From Brevibacillus sp. B_LB10_24 (GTDB lineage: Bacteria; Bacillota; Bacilli; Brevibacillales; Brevibacillaceae): a stretch of DNA of 24,000 nt. The DNA is taken from contig NZ_JBJQOQ010000014.1 of NCBI RefSeq assembly GCF_046036945.1, forward strand, positions 80,719-104,718, given 5' to 3'. Under the pieces are notes generated by a model. It did no database searches and was not told the DNA's origin. It saw nothing but the letters and a program-made list of their open reading frames with translations. This document shows, piece after piece, positions 1 to 7,509 of this stretch (positions are counted from its first letter, which is position 1; the number at the start of each line of letters is the position of its first letter). The position numbers were made by a program, and so were the translations under genes.

Positions 1-25
1 TTGCCGGAAAGGACGGGAGACAGCG

Positions 26-892
26 ATGGAGTTTGAAACCATGTATACGCAATACCGAACAATGCTTATGTCCATCGCCTACCATATGCTTGGTTCGCTG
101 GCTGATGCGGAAGACATCGTTCAGGAAGTATTTCTCGAGGTGCAGCAGCAGGATACAAACCGTATCGAAAACATGAAAGCTTATCTGGCCAAAGCGGTCA
201 CCAATCGATGCATCAACTATACGAAGTCGGCCCGCAAGCGAAGGGAAGTGTACGTCGGACCGTGGCTCCCGGAGCCAATCGTCGCCCTCTCGCAGGAAGA
301 TCCGATGGAGCTGGTCATGAAAGACGAGGTCATTTCCTACGCTTTGCTCGTCGCACTGGAGCAGTTGAACGCAGTGGAAAGGGCGATTTTCATCCTGAGG
401 GAAGCGCTTGATTACAGTTACAGGGAAATTGCTGAGATCCTGCATAAAACGGAAGAAAATTGCCGAAAAATACACAGCCGCATCAAAAAGAAGCTGCACC
501 GTGATGGCGCGGTCTCCTCCTCCCGATCGAACAGTGAAGAAGATCTGGTCAATTTATTCATCGATGCAGCGAAAACGGGAAACTTCAACGAATTGATCCA
601 TCGGTTGACCGACGACGCGGCTATGGTTACCGATGGCGGCGGCAAGGTGCGCGGCGCCTTGCGCCCGATCATTGGGCGTGAGCGCATCTTGGCGCTTCTG
701 GAAGGAATTGCTCCCAGAGGGTATTTTGCGGGAGATTTCCTCCCTGTATACGTTAACGGCCAGCGGGGCGTCCTGCTTGTGACGGATGGCCGGCCGGCGA
801 AAGAAATCGGGTTTGCCCGGGATGAAAAACAGGATCGTATTACACGCATCTTTGTCGTCGCAAATCCCGACAAGCTGGCGCATCTTCAATAA
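26..892 (+). CDS. ECF sigma factor with fused C-terminal SnoaL/NTF2-like regulatory extension (ECF41 / SigJ-like)
   Basis: 288-aa ORF. Sigma-70 region 2 (DAEDIVQEVFLEV) and region 4 HTH (LDYSYREIAEILHKTEENCRKIHSRIKKKL) are followed by a ~110-aa extension, as in group ECF41. GGGAG RBS lies ~6 nt upstream of the ATG. Confidence 0.9.
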   Translation: MEFETMYTQYRTMLMSIAYHMLGSLADAEDIVQEVFLEVQQQDTNRIENMKAYLAKAVTNRCINYTKSARKRREVYVGPWLPEPIVALSQEDPMELVMKDEVISYALLVALEQLNAVERAIFILREALDYSYREIAEILHKTEENCRKIHSRIKKKLHRDGAVSSSRSNSEEDLVNLFIDAAKTGNFNELIHRLTDDAAMVTDGGGKVRGALRPIIGRERILALLEGIAPRGYFAGDFLPVYVNGQRGVLLVTDGRPAKEIGFARDEKQDRITRIFVVANPDKLAHLQ

Positions 893-1044
893 AGTTCTGC
901 GAATCTCTGGGAGGCTAGTTTTTCATTGGAAGATGTCCAGTGAACCGGGTACCGGCTGACTATGCATGATTTTTGAATTTCGCTCGCAAAATATAGATTG
1001 ATGATAGCAGCCGGAGTACTTATTTTGTACTTTTTTATTATTCA

Positions 1045-1071
1045 TGTCACAAATCGGCTGGCTGTTTTGTT
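1045..1071 (+). promoter_or_regulatory. Candidate ECF41-type target promoter (-35 TGTCACA) upstream of the CMD gene
   Basis: TGTCACA at 1045-1051 matches exactly the -35 element I recall for ECF41 sigma factors (TGTCACA-N16-CGTC). The expected CGTC is absent at N16 (TGTT at 1068-1071), so only half of the motif is supported. Confidence 0.35.
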
Positions 1072-1116
1072 CTATTAGTGAAAGGCAAATCCATGCATGA
1101 TGAGGAGGAACTTCCC

Positions 1117-1560
1117 ATGGAAACAAGATTTCAGATGGAAAAGGTAAACCCCAACGGCTACGCAGCCATGATCGGACTGGAGAAGTACCTGCAGACGGCC
1201 AGTATCGATAAAAAGCTGAAAGAACTGATCAAGATCCGCGCCTCCCAAATCAACGGCTGTGCCTTCTGTATCGATATGCACACCAAAGACGCCCGCAAGC
1301 TGGGCGAGACGGAGCGGCGCATCTACGCCCTCAACGCATGGCGGGAAACCCCTTTCTTTACTCCCGAAGAGCGGGCCGTTCTGGCTTTGACAGAAGCGGT
1401 TACGCTGGTCACGGAAGGACATGTGCCGGATGAAGTCTACAGCGAGGTGCGCCGCTACTTCGACGAAACCCAAACGGCGGAGCTCATCATGGCGATTGTG
1501 ACCATCAACGCGTGGAACCGAATTGCCATCTCCACCAGAAAAATGCCCCCTGTCGAATAA
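1117..1560 (+). CDS. Carboxymuconolactone decarboxylase (CMD) / AhpD-like family protein
   Basis: The ORF-track ORF starts at 1078, but ATG 1117 (METRFQ...) has a GAGGAGG RBS at 1102-1108. AhpD-like CxxC motif in INGCAFCIDMH. Size (~147 aa) is typical of the family. Confidence 0.9.
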   Translation: METRFQMEKVNPNGYAAMIGLEKYLQTASIDKKLKELIKIRASQINGCAFCIDMHTKDARKLGETERRIYALNAWRETPFFTPEERAVLALTEAVTLVTEGHVPDEVYSEVRRYFDETQTAELIMAIVTINAWNRIAISTRKMPPVE

Positions 1561-1590
1561 GGATGAGCTTGAAGTCAAGGAGCAGAAGCT

Positions 1591-1640
1591 GAGGGTATCC
1601 TGCAGGCCGTATAGGCTGCTTGCAGGATGCCCTCTTTTTT
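1591..1640 (+). terminator. Rho-independent terminator of the CMD gene
   Basis: GAGGGTATCCTGCA (1591-1604) pairs with TGCAGGATGCCCTC (1621-1634), with one G-U. A T6 run follows directly at 1635-1640. Confidence 0.8.
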
Positions 1641-1653
1641 GCCGAATTGCTGC

Positions 1654-1821
1654 TTAATACACACCAGAGGAACCGGCACCGCCAGGGTGGTCGGGTGGTT
1701 CGATCGTCTGAACCTCGTCCGTCTTGCGAGTCTTGTATTGATCCGGGGAACCTGTGGCATGTGTGCCCAGGGTTTCCAGCTCTTCTTTTGCAATCGGTGA
1801 GGGAGCATTTTTGTCCGTCAT
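1654..1821 (-). CDS. Hypothetical small acidic protein (55 aa), weakly supported
   Basis: Lies within the 66-aa ORF-track ORF. The internal ATG at 1821 is preceded by GAGGAG at a long (~13 nt) spacing. Sequence MTDKNAPSPIAKEELETLG... has natural-looking composition but no family I recognise. Confidence 0.25.
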   Translation of the reverse strand: MTDKNAPSPIAKEELETLGTHATGSPDQYKTRKTDEVQTIEPPDHPGGAGSSGVY

Positions 1822-1886
1822 CGTTGGTGAATCACTCCTCTGTCTGGGTATCACTGGTATTTTGCGCTTCAGGTGAAGGATTATTC

Positions 1887-1924
1887 AACCTCCTTTCAGG
1901 CAGCCGAAAGGAGGTTTTTGTTTG
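1887..1924 (+). terminator. Strong terminator-like hairpin with no assigned upstream + strand gene
   Basis: Perfect 11-bp stem AACCTCCTTTC (1887-1897) / GAAAGGAGGTT (1906-1916) with an 8-nt loop, then TTTGTTTG. The T-rich tail exists only on the + strand. Confidence 0.55.
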
Positions 1925-1987
1925 ATAAACTGCCCGATTATGGAAAAAGAAAGTTTTGTCGATTTTTGCCGCACTTTTTGCGAGAGA

Positions 1988-1996
1988 TGGTATAAT
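1988..1996 (+). promoter_or_regulatory. Extended -10 promoter element (TGgTATAAT) for the 2028-3543 gene pair
   Basis: TGGTATAAT at 1988-1996, ~30 nt upstream of the RBS GGGGAGGGG. No good -35 at 17-nt spacing. Confidence 0.45.
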
Positions 1997-2027
1997 GCGT
2001 AGAAGGTGAGTGGGGAGGGGATTTACC

Positions 2028-2486
2028 TTGAACAGACAGATGACACCGATGGAGGCAGATTCTGCAAGCACACTGCCGCCAATAGTCGAGAAGAAGCAGA
2101 GAAAGCGGAGAAAAGACGACAAAACCGCAGCGATCATATCGTTTGTTGTGTGGGCCGCGCTGTTGTGCGGCGGCGTTCTCCTGGCCAACCTGTACATAGA
2201 GAAAAGCCATACCTACATCGATCAAAAGGTGAAGGAAGTAGAGCTGCATAACGCGAAACAGGTCGAAAGCGTACAAAGCGATTTGCAAAAAGTGCAGGAC
2301 GAGCTGACGGCGATCAAAACGCAAGTGGGATCATTGAAAGAGGATCTGACGATGACAGGCGAGGCAATCCACGGGACCGATCAGACAAAGCAATCGCTGC
2401 AGAAGCGCATAGACGAATTAAACAAACAGCTTGCCGAGTTGAAAGGTTCGCTGAAAAAGCTGGAGGATGCTGCCCGTGCTTGGTAA
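2028..2486 (+). CDS. Membrane-anchored coiled-coil protein (hypothetical)
   Basis: ORF-track ORF is 2010-2486. TTG 2028 lies 7 nt after GGGGAGGGG (2012-2020); ATG 2040 is an alternative start. Basic stretch KKQRKRRKDDK, one TM helix (AAIISFVVWAALLCGGVLLANLY), then heptad-rich sequence (LQKVQDELTAIKTQVGSLKEDL...). Confidence 0.75.
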   Translation: MNRQMTPMEADSASTLPPIVEKKQRKRRKDDKTAAIISFVVWAALLCGGVLLANLYIEKSHTYIDQKVKEVELHNAKQVESVQSDLQKVQDELTAIKTQVGSLKEDLTMTGEAIHGTDQTKQSLQKRIDELNKQLAELKGSLKKLEDAARAW

Positions 2487-3543
2487 GGGACAGCTGGTTC
2501 TTCTTTTCCTGCTCGCTCCGGCAGTCGGATTCTTTGTCACCTTTGCACAGTCCAACCCGGTGATGAGCTTTGAATCGGCAAGGTTGGAGCTGCCACTGAA
2601 GGAAACGGCGGACAAGCTCAGCCAGGTCCAGGATGAAGTGGAACAGACCAAACAAGTCATCGATGAATCCAGCAAATTGGCCCAGGAGATACAAGAGGCA
2701 GCCAAGCAGGAAAAACAAGCGTATGAGCAGCACGACAAATCGCTTAGCGAGCTCGTCTCGAGCAGCAAAGAGTCGGTGCAAAAATCGGCTGACGTACTCG
2801 ACCATCTTTTGACGAGCATGCTGGGCAACCCGATTGGACAAACCTTCGGCAAGAACGCGACGGTAAAGGTCTATTCGCTGGAAGAGGCGGGCTACCGCGG
2901 CTATATGGCAAAAGTGCGGCTGAACAATCCGAACGCGCTGAAAGTCGTCCTGGCTAACGATCAAGTGGTCAGCAATGGCGAGACGACCAGCCATGCCGCT
3001 AAACGGAAAAATGCGGTCCTGGCTGTCAATGCCGGCGGTTTTTACAATGTCAACGGAAAGCTGGCAGTGCTTGGCACCACGGTAGTCGACGGAGAAATCA
3101 AGGCGTTTTCCAACAAAAACGACCTGTCGTTCGTCGGATTTAACACAAGCGGCCACCTTGTCGGGGGCAAAGTCACCTCCAAGGAACAGATCAAGAAGAT
3201 GAACGTGCTGCAGGGAGCCAGCTTCCTGCCGACGCTCTTGCAAAACGGGAAAAAGGTGGCGATTCCGAAGGCGTGGGCGAACACGCGGCAGCCCCGTACC
3301 ATGATCGGCCACTTTTCCAACGGCGACTTGCTGTTCATCGTCATCGACGGCAGACGCCAGGGATGGAGCAACGGCGTCACGCTGGAAGAAGCACAGAACA
3401 AACTGCTTGAATTCAAAGTCCGGGATGCGTACAACCTGGACGGCGGCGGCTCCAGCGCTTTCTACTACAAAGGCAAAATACTCAATCGCCCGTCTGATGG
3501 ACGGGAGCGTCCTGTAACCAGCAACATCGTGATCCTGCCATGA
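2476..3543 (+). CDS. Phosphodiester glycosidase family protein (DUF2233/NAGPA-like) with N-terminal anchor and coiled coil
   Basis: ORF-track start ATG 2467 abuts GGAGG (2462-2466) with zero spacing; in-frame GTG 2476 has 9-nt spacing. The C-terminal ~200 aa carry family-typical motifs (AVNAGGF, PRTMIGH, IVIDGR, NLDGGGSS). It overlaps the upstream gene's 3' end. Confidence 0.85.
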   Translation: MLGKGQLVLLFLLAPAVGFFVTFAQSNPVMSFESARLELPLKETADKLSQVQDEVEQTKQVIDESSKLAQEIQEAAKQEKQAYEQHDKSLSELVSSSKESVQKSADVLDHLLTSMLGNPIGQTFGKNATVKVYSLEEAGYRGYMAKVRLNNPNALKVVLANDQVVSNGETTSHAAKRKNAVLAVNAGGFYNVNGKLAVLGTTVVDGEIKAFSNKNDLSFVGFNTSGHLVGGKVTSKEQIKKMNVLQGASFLPTLLQNGKKVAIPKAWANTRQPRTMIGHFSNGDLLFIVIDGRRQGWSNGVTLEEAQNKLLEFKVRDAYNLDGGGSSAFYYKGKILNRPSDGRERPVTSNIVILP

Positions 3544-3556
3544 ACGAAAATAACGT

Positions 3557-3590
3557 ACCCGGTTTCCGAGCGAAGCCGGGTTTCTTGTTG
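3557..3590 (+). terminator. Rho-independent terminator
   Basis: ACCCGGTTT (3557-3565) pairs with AAGCCGGGT (3573-3581), with one G-U. Followed by TTCTTGTTG. Confidence 0.7.
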
Positions 3591-3689
3591 GGAAGGGGGC
3601 TCCATGTATTTAGCGTCTACTTGCAGTCCATGTCTAATAGAATATGATGACTATTTTTCAGAACTTTTAGGAAAAAAGGTGGGAATACT

Positions 3690-4871
3690 ATGGCAGAAGA
3701 GACTGGGAGAAGACAATCCGCGGAAAAAGAGGAGATAGCCGATCAGGGAGAGAAAGGTTTTTCTCGCCGGGAATTTCTTCACAAGACGGCGCTGCTGGGA
3801 CTGGCAGCGGCCGTTCCCGGCACATTATTAACCCTTGGCTCTGCAATGGCAACTGAGACGGATGCAGGCGGAGGGGATGGCGGTGAAAAAGTGACGGATA
3901 CAGTACTGAAACCAAATGGAACGATTGTCGACGTGCCCGGCGTCAAGGTGGGACACGTGCAAGATGACGAAGCGCTGACCGGCTGCACGGTGATCGTGCT
4001 GGAAAAGGCGGCGGCCTGCGGAGTAGACGTGCGGGGGTCGGCACCTGGGACCCGGGAAACGGACCTGCTTAATCCGATCAATCAAGTGGACAAAGTGAAT
4101 GCCATCTGTCTGACGGGCGGGAGCGCTTACGGCCTGGATTCGGCAACAGGGGTCATGCGCTGCCTGGAGGAGCAGGGGATGGGATTTGAAGTCGGAGTGG
4201 GTGTCGTTCCGATCGTCCCGGCTGCGGTGCTGTTCGATCTGTCGATCGGCAGCGCAAAGGTGCGTCCCGATGCGCAAATGGGGTACAATGCGGCCAAAAA
4301 TGCGAGCAAAAAACCGGTCCAGCAAGGCAATGTCGGGGCCGGCATGGGGGCGACGGTCGGCAAGCTGGCCGGGATGAAACGGGCGATGAAGGGCGGTCTC
4401 GGTTCCGCGTCGATCCGTCTGCCCGGAGGATTGGTCGTCGGGGCGATCGTCGCCGTCAACGCAGTCGGAGAGGTGCGCGATCCCCATACGGGGGAGATCC
4501 TGGCAGGTGCCAGGGACGACAGCGGGAAGATTCGCGGCGCCCTGTCCTGGATGATCGAGAAGGGGTCGCCGCAAGCACGCCCGGGGACGAATACGACGAT
4601 CGCGGCAGTGGCAAGCAATGCCAACCTGAACAAGACACAGGCGAACAAAGTGGCGCAAATGGCCCACGACGGCCTGGCCCGCAGCATCTTTCCGGTGCAT
4701 ACGATGAGCGACGGCGACACGATTTTTGCCCTGGCCACTGGGGGAGTGGACGCTTCCGTCGACCTTGTCGGGACGCTGTCGGCGGTTGTCCTGGCGGAGG
4801 CGGTCGCCAATGCGATCCGTACTGCCGAAGCGGCAGGCGGGGTGCCGGCTTACCGCGATCTGCAAAAATAG
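3690..4871 (+). CDS. P1/S58 family peptidase (DmpA-like L-aminopeptidase/D-esterase) with twin-arginine signal peptide
   Basis: 393 aa. Tat motif SRREFLHKTALLGLAAA, then AMA cleavage-like site. Family motifs CLTGGSAYGLDS and GTNTTIAAVASNANL (self-processing/nucleophile region). RBS AAGGTGGGA upstream. Confidence 0.9.
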   Translation: MAEETGRRQSAEKEEIADQGEKGFSRREFLHKTALLGLAAAVPGTLLTLGSAMATETDAGGGDGGEKVTDTVLKPNGTIVDVPGVKVGHVQDDEALTGCTVIVLEKAAACGVDVRGSAPGTRETDLLNPINQVDKVNAICLTGGSAYGLDSATGVMRCLEEQGMGFEVGVGVVPIVPAAVLFDLSIGSAKVRPDAQMGYNAAKNASKKPVQQGNVGAGMGATVGKLAGMKRAMKGGLGSASIRLPGGLVVGAIVAVNAVGEVRDPHTGEILAGARDDSGKIRGALSWMIEKGSPQARPGTNTTIAAVASNANLNKTQANKVAQMAHDGLARSIFPVHTMSDGDTIFALATGGVDASVDLVGTLSAVVLAEAVANAIRTAEAAGGVPAYRDLQK

Positions 4872-4972
4872 GCTGTCTGCCCGGTGTCCATTTGCTTATC
4901 GGCTGCAGCCGGATGGAAAGCTGAAAAGAACGTCAAATCGTATTACAATGATGAGGAAGGGAGTGGGTACCG

Positions 4973-5356
4973 ATGGAATTGCAGATGAAGGATAACGGAT
5001 TTATTGCCAATTTTGAGTATGGCCAACTGAAGATATCGGGCGATGAAACCTACGGATTTCGTCCCTACCAGCTGATGGTTTCTTCCATTGCCGCATGCAG
5101 CAGCAGCGTTTTGAACAAAGTCCTGGGAAAAATGCGGATGAACTGCGAAGACTTGAAAGTCTCCGTACAGGTCGAACGGAACGAGCAGGAAGCCAATCGC
5201 ATCGAGAAGATCCACATGCACTTTGTCATCAAGGGAGAGGGGCTTCAGCCGGAAAAAGTGGAGAAAGCAGTCGCCCTGGCCCGAAAAAACTGTCCGATGG
5301 TCCAATCCGTGAAAGACAGTATTGAGATTACGGAGTCGTTTGAGTTGGTCCAGTAA
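4973..5356 (+). CDS. OsmC family protein (peroxiredoxin-like)
   Basis: 127 aa with the two conserved Cys contexts of OsmC/Ohr proteins (SSIAACSSSV and KNCPMV). RBS GGAAGGGAG upstream. Confidence 0.9.
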   Translation: MELQMKDNGFIANFEYGQLKISGDETYGFRPYQLMVSSIAACSSSVLNKVLGKMRMNCEDLKVSVQVERNEQEANRIEKIHMHFVIKGEGLQPEKVEKAVALARKNCPMVQSVKDSIEITESFELVQ

Positions 5357-5373
5357 GAGAATAGCACCGGTTG

Positions 5374-5412
5374 GGTCCTCCTTGTTTCAGGCAAGGGGGA
5401 CCGTTGCTTGTT
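5374..5412 (+). terminator. Terminator-like hairpin after the OsmC gene
   Basis: 11-bp stem GGTCCTCCTTG (5374-5384) / CAAGGGGGACC (5392-5402), with one G-U. The T tail is interrupted (GTTGCTTGTT). Confidence 0.55.
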
Positions 5413-5543
5413 CCGATGGATTGCACAATTCGAAACACGATGAGCCAATCTTAAACGACAGGACTTAGAATTTGCACTGTAATTTTTAAAGGTAAGAAAT
5501 GTTGACTTGTTTTATGATCGGTGACATACCAGCTTACATTTGT

Positions 5544-5585
5544 AGAAAAAGGACGGTCTTCCGCTTTAATTTGGAAGAGTCGTCC
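5544..5585 (-). terminator. Terminator of the minus-strand oxidoreductase operon
   Basis: Stem GGACG.TCTTCC (5551-5562) / GGAAGA..CGTCC (5573-5585) with a small bulge. The A5 run at 5546-5550 gives a U tract on the minus strand. Sits 42 nt downstream of the stop at 5627. Confidence 0.55.
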
Positions 5586-5626
5586 TCATTGTTTAATGCC
5601 AGAATTTATTCCTGTTATTACGAAAA

Positions 5627-6643
5627 TTAAGATGGATCACTGACCTTCACAAGCTGTTTCCCTACATTTTTCCCTGTAAATAAATCGAGAAAAGCTTTCG
5701 GTGCATTTTCAAAGCCCTCTGCAATGGTTTCTTCGTATTTCAATTTCCCTTCAAATAGCCACTCGGATAGGTACTGAAGCCCTTCACCAAAACGTTCTTC
5801 ATAATCCGTGACGAGGAAACCTTTCATTAGAGAACGTGTCTTTAACAATTTCGGCTGAATACTTGGTCCAAACGCTTCATTCTCAGCATTAAAGGATGAA
5901 ATTGAACCGCATAATGGTACACGCGCGAAATTATTAAGTAAACGGAGCACTGCATCAGAAATTTTGCCGCCAACATTATCAAAATAGACGTCCACTCCAT
6001 TCGGACATGCTTCTTCAAGAGCTTTTTGTAAATCATCTGTAGTGTTGTAGTTAATGGCTTTATCAAAGCCAAGTTCATTTTCCAAATGTGCAATTTTCTC
6101 ATCCGTACCTGCAATACCTACAACTCTGGCTCCTTTGATTTTTGCGATTTGACCGACGATAGAGCCAACAGCACCTGCAGCACTTGAGACAACAACCGTT
6201 TCTCCTTTTTTCGGTTGACCAACATCTATCAGTCCAAAATAAGCTGTTAATCCCGTTATTCCCAGTACACTTAAATAAGCGGACAAGGGAACATTGGTAT
6301 TATTAATCTTACTAACGGTTTTTGAGTCAACAGTGTTGTAAAGTTGCCAAGGTAGGAAGCCCTGTACCTTATCCCCAACGTTCAATTCCGCTGAATTGGA
6401 TTCAATCACTTCACCAATCATGGAACCCGTAATAGGTTCATGTAAAGCAAATGGTTCAATATAAGACTTTCCAGCATTCATTCGCCCTCTCATGTATGGA
6501 TCTACAGACAAGTAAAGGGTTTTTACAAGCACCTGATCTCTTTCGGGTTTATCGATAGGAATATTTCGAAGTCCAAATGCCTCCTCTGTTGGTACACCTT
6601 CTGGACGGTTCATTAAAATAATTTGTTGATTTTGAGTGTTCAT
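5627..6643 (-). CDS. NADP-dependent oxidoreductase, MDR superfamily alkenal/enone reductase (YfmJ/CurA/PTGR-like)
   Basis: ORF-track ORF extends to 6694, but ATG 6643 (MNTQNQQIILMNRPEG...) has RBS AAAGGAGA upstream. Motifs LSVDPYMRGRM and AAGAVGSIVGQIAK (Rossmann) are typical of this zinc-free MDR group. Confidence 0.9.
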   Translation of the reverse strand: MNTQNQQIILMNRPEGVPTEEAFGLRNIPIDKPERDQVLVKTLYLSVDPYMRGRMNAGKSYIEPFALHEPITGSMIGEVIESNSAELNVGDKVQGFLPWQLYNTVDSKTVSKINNTNVPLSAYLSVLGITGLTAYFGLIDVGQPKKGETVVVSSAAGAVGSIVGQIAKIKGARVVGIAGTDEKIAHLENELGFDKAINYNTTDDLQKALEEACPNGVDVYFDNVGGKISDAVLRLLNNFARVPLCGSISSFNAENEAFGPSIQPKLLKTRSLMKGFLVTDYEERFGEGLQYLSEWLFEGKLKYEETIAEGFENAPKAFLDLFTGKNVGKQLVKVSDPS

Positions 6644-6708
6644 CCTCATTCTCCTTTTTATCGTTGTTCGCAAGGTCATGATTCGAAAAATCATGAATTA
6701 TTTGATGA

Positions 6709-7290
6709 TCACTTCGGATTGCTGTCATAATGCAAACCGAGGTAATAAGCTTGTTTCAGCAGCTTTTCATGAATTTCCGGCCTCGAATCCAAGGTGTCAT
6801 ACAATATCTCAACCTTTGTTTTCGGGATTCCTGCGTAACTAGCTATTCCTATGTTCAGTTGGTGCTGGATCATTTTGTCATACTGTCTTTTCTCAAAGTG
6901 CTCGAGTGGAGCGCCTGCGAGACCAAGCCATAACATCCGTTTATGATGCAGCTTATTGGAGCCGTACGCAAAACCATTGTTCCAGACGCGGTCGATATAG
7001 CCCTTTAGCATGGCTGGCAAGCTGTACCACCAAATTGGGAAAATATAGGCGAGTGCTTCATGCTTTTTCATTCGCTCCATTTCCTTCTCTACTTCAGGTG
7101 AATATGTTTTATGATCTGCTGTCCAGTCCGGTTCGTCTGCTTCCCACAACACAGGATTAAAACCGCTGCGATGCAGATCCAACACCTCCGTTTCGTGGCC
7201 AGCATCCATCAGGCCTTGCGTAAATTGGGCTGCAACAGAAAAGGTCAAAGAGTCAACCCTTGGGTGTGATACAACTGTCAATACTTTCAT
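6709..7290 (-). CDS. NAD(P)H-dependent quinone oxidoreductase, flavodoxin-like fold (NQO/Flavodoxin_2 family)
   Basis: ATG 7290 (MKVLTVVSHPR...) has AAAGGAGA 6 nt upstream; the ORF-track start 7335 has no RBS. Motifs FPIWWYSLPAMLKGYIDRV are typical. A 65-nt gap to the downstream gene suggests an operon. Confidence 0.88.
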   Translation of the reverse strand: MKVLTVVSHPRVDSLTFSVAAQFTQGLMDAGHETEVLDLHRSGFNPVLWEADEPDWTADHKTYSPEVEKEMERMKKHEALAYIFPIWWYSLPAMLKGYIDRVWNNGFAYGSNKLHHKRMLWLGLAGAPLEHFEKRQYDKMIQHQLNIGIASYAGIPKTKVEILYDTLDSRPEIHEKLLKQAYYLGLHYDSNPK

Positions 7291-7383
7291 TATGCTTCTC
7301 CTTTCACTTATTTGGTTCATTTCGTTTAGAGACATGTAGATCGAGAGACGAGAAGGTGTCGTAATACTGGCATGAATGGATTA

Positions 7384-7464
7384 TGTATCATACAATGGAT
7401 ATTGAGAAGTACGCACTTTTTTGTATCATTTATACAAAAAAGTTATATAGATACCAAAAAGTGC
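7384..7464. promoter_or_regulatory. Divergent control region with nested palindromes (candidate HxlR operators)
   Basis: TGTATcATACA (7384-7394). Perfect 12-bp inverted repeat ACTTTTTTGTAT (7415-7426) / ATACAAAAAAGT (7432-7443). Outer 9-bp inverted repeat GCACTTTTT (7413-7421) / AAAAAGTGC (7456-7464). Lies between divergent starts at 7290 and 7510. Confidence 0.5.
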
Positions 7465-7509
7465 CTTAGTATAAAATCTTGACTATCTTGTACAGGAGGT
7501 AGGTATTCC

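Noticed and set aside
1620-1925. 101-aa + strand ORF (and 77-aa minus-strand ORF 1575-1808) between the two + strand terminators
   Set aside because: The Cys/Arg-rich translations look non-natural. The ORF starts inside the first terminator and has no RBS.
2314-3312. 332-aa minus-strand ORF antisense to the coiled-coil and phosphodiester glycosidase genes
   Set aside because: Shadow ORF. Its low-complexity Leu/Arg-rich translation mirrors the coiled-coil codons, and it has no start context or family resemblance.
3828-4865. 345-aa minus-strand ORF (also 4127-4810, 227 aa) antisense to the peptidase gene
   Set aside because: It lies entirely inside a well-supported + strand gene. The sequence is Arg/His/Pro/Gly-rich with no motifs and no RBS, which is the typical shadow ORF of GC-rich coding sequence.
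4889-4906. Palindrome CGGCTGCAGCCG after the peptidase gene as a possible terminator
   Set aside because: As an RNA hairpin it leaves only a 4-bp stem and has no T tract. It is more likely chance, since it contains a PstI-type palindrome.
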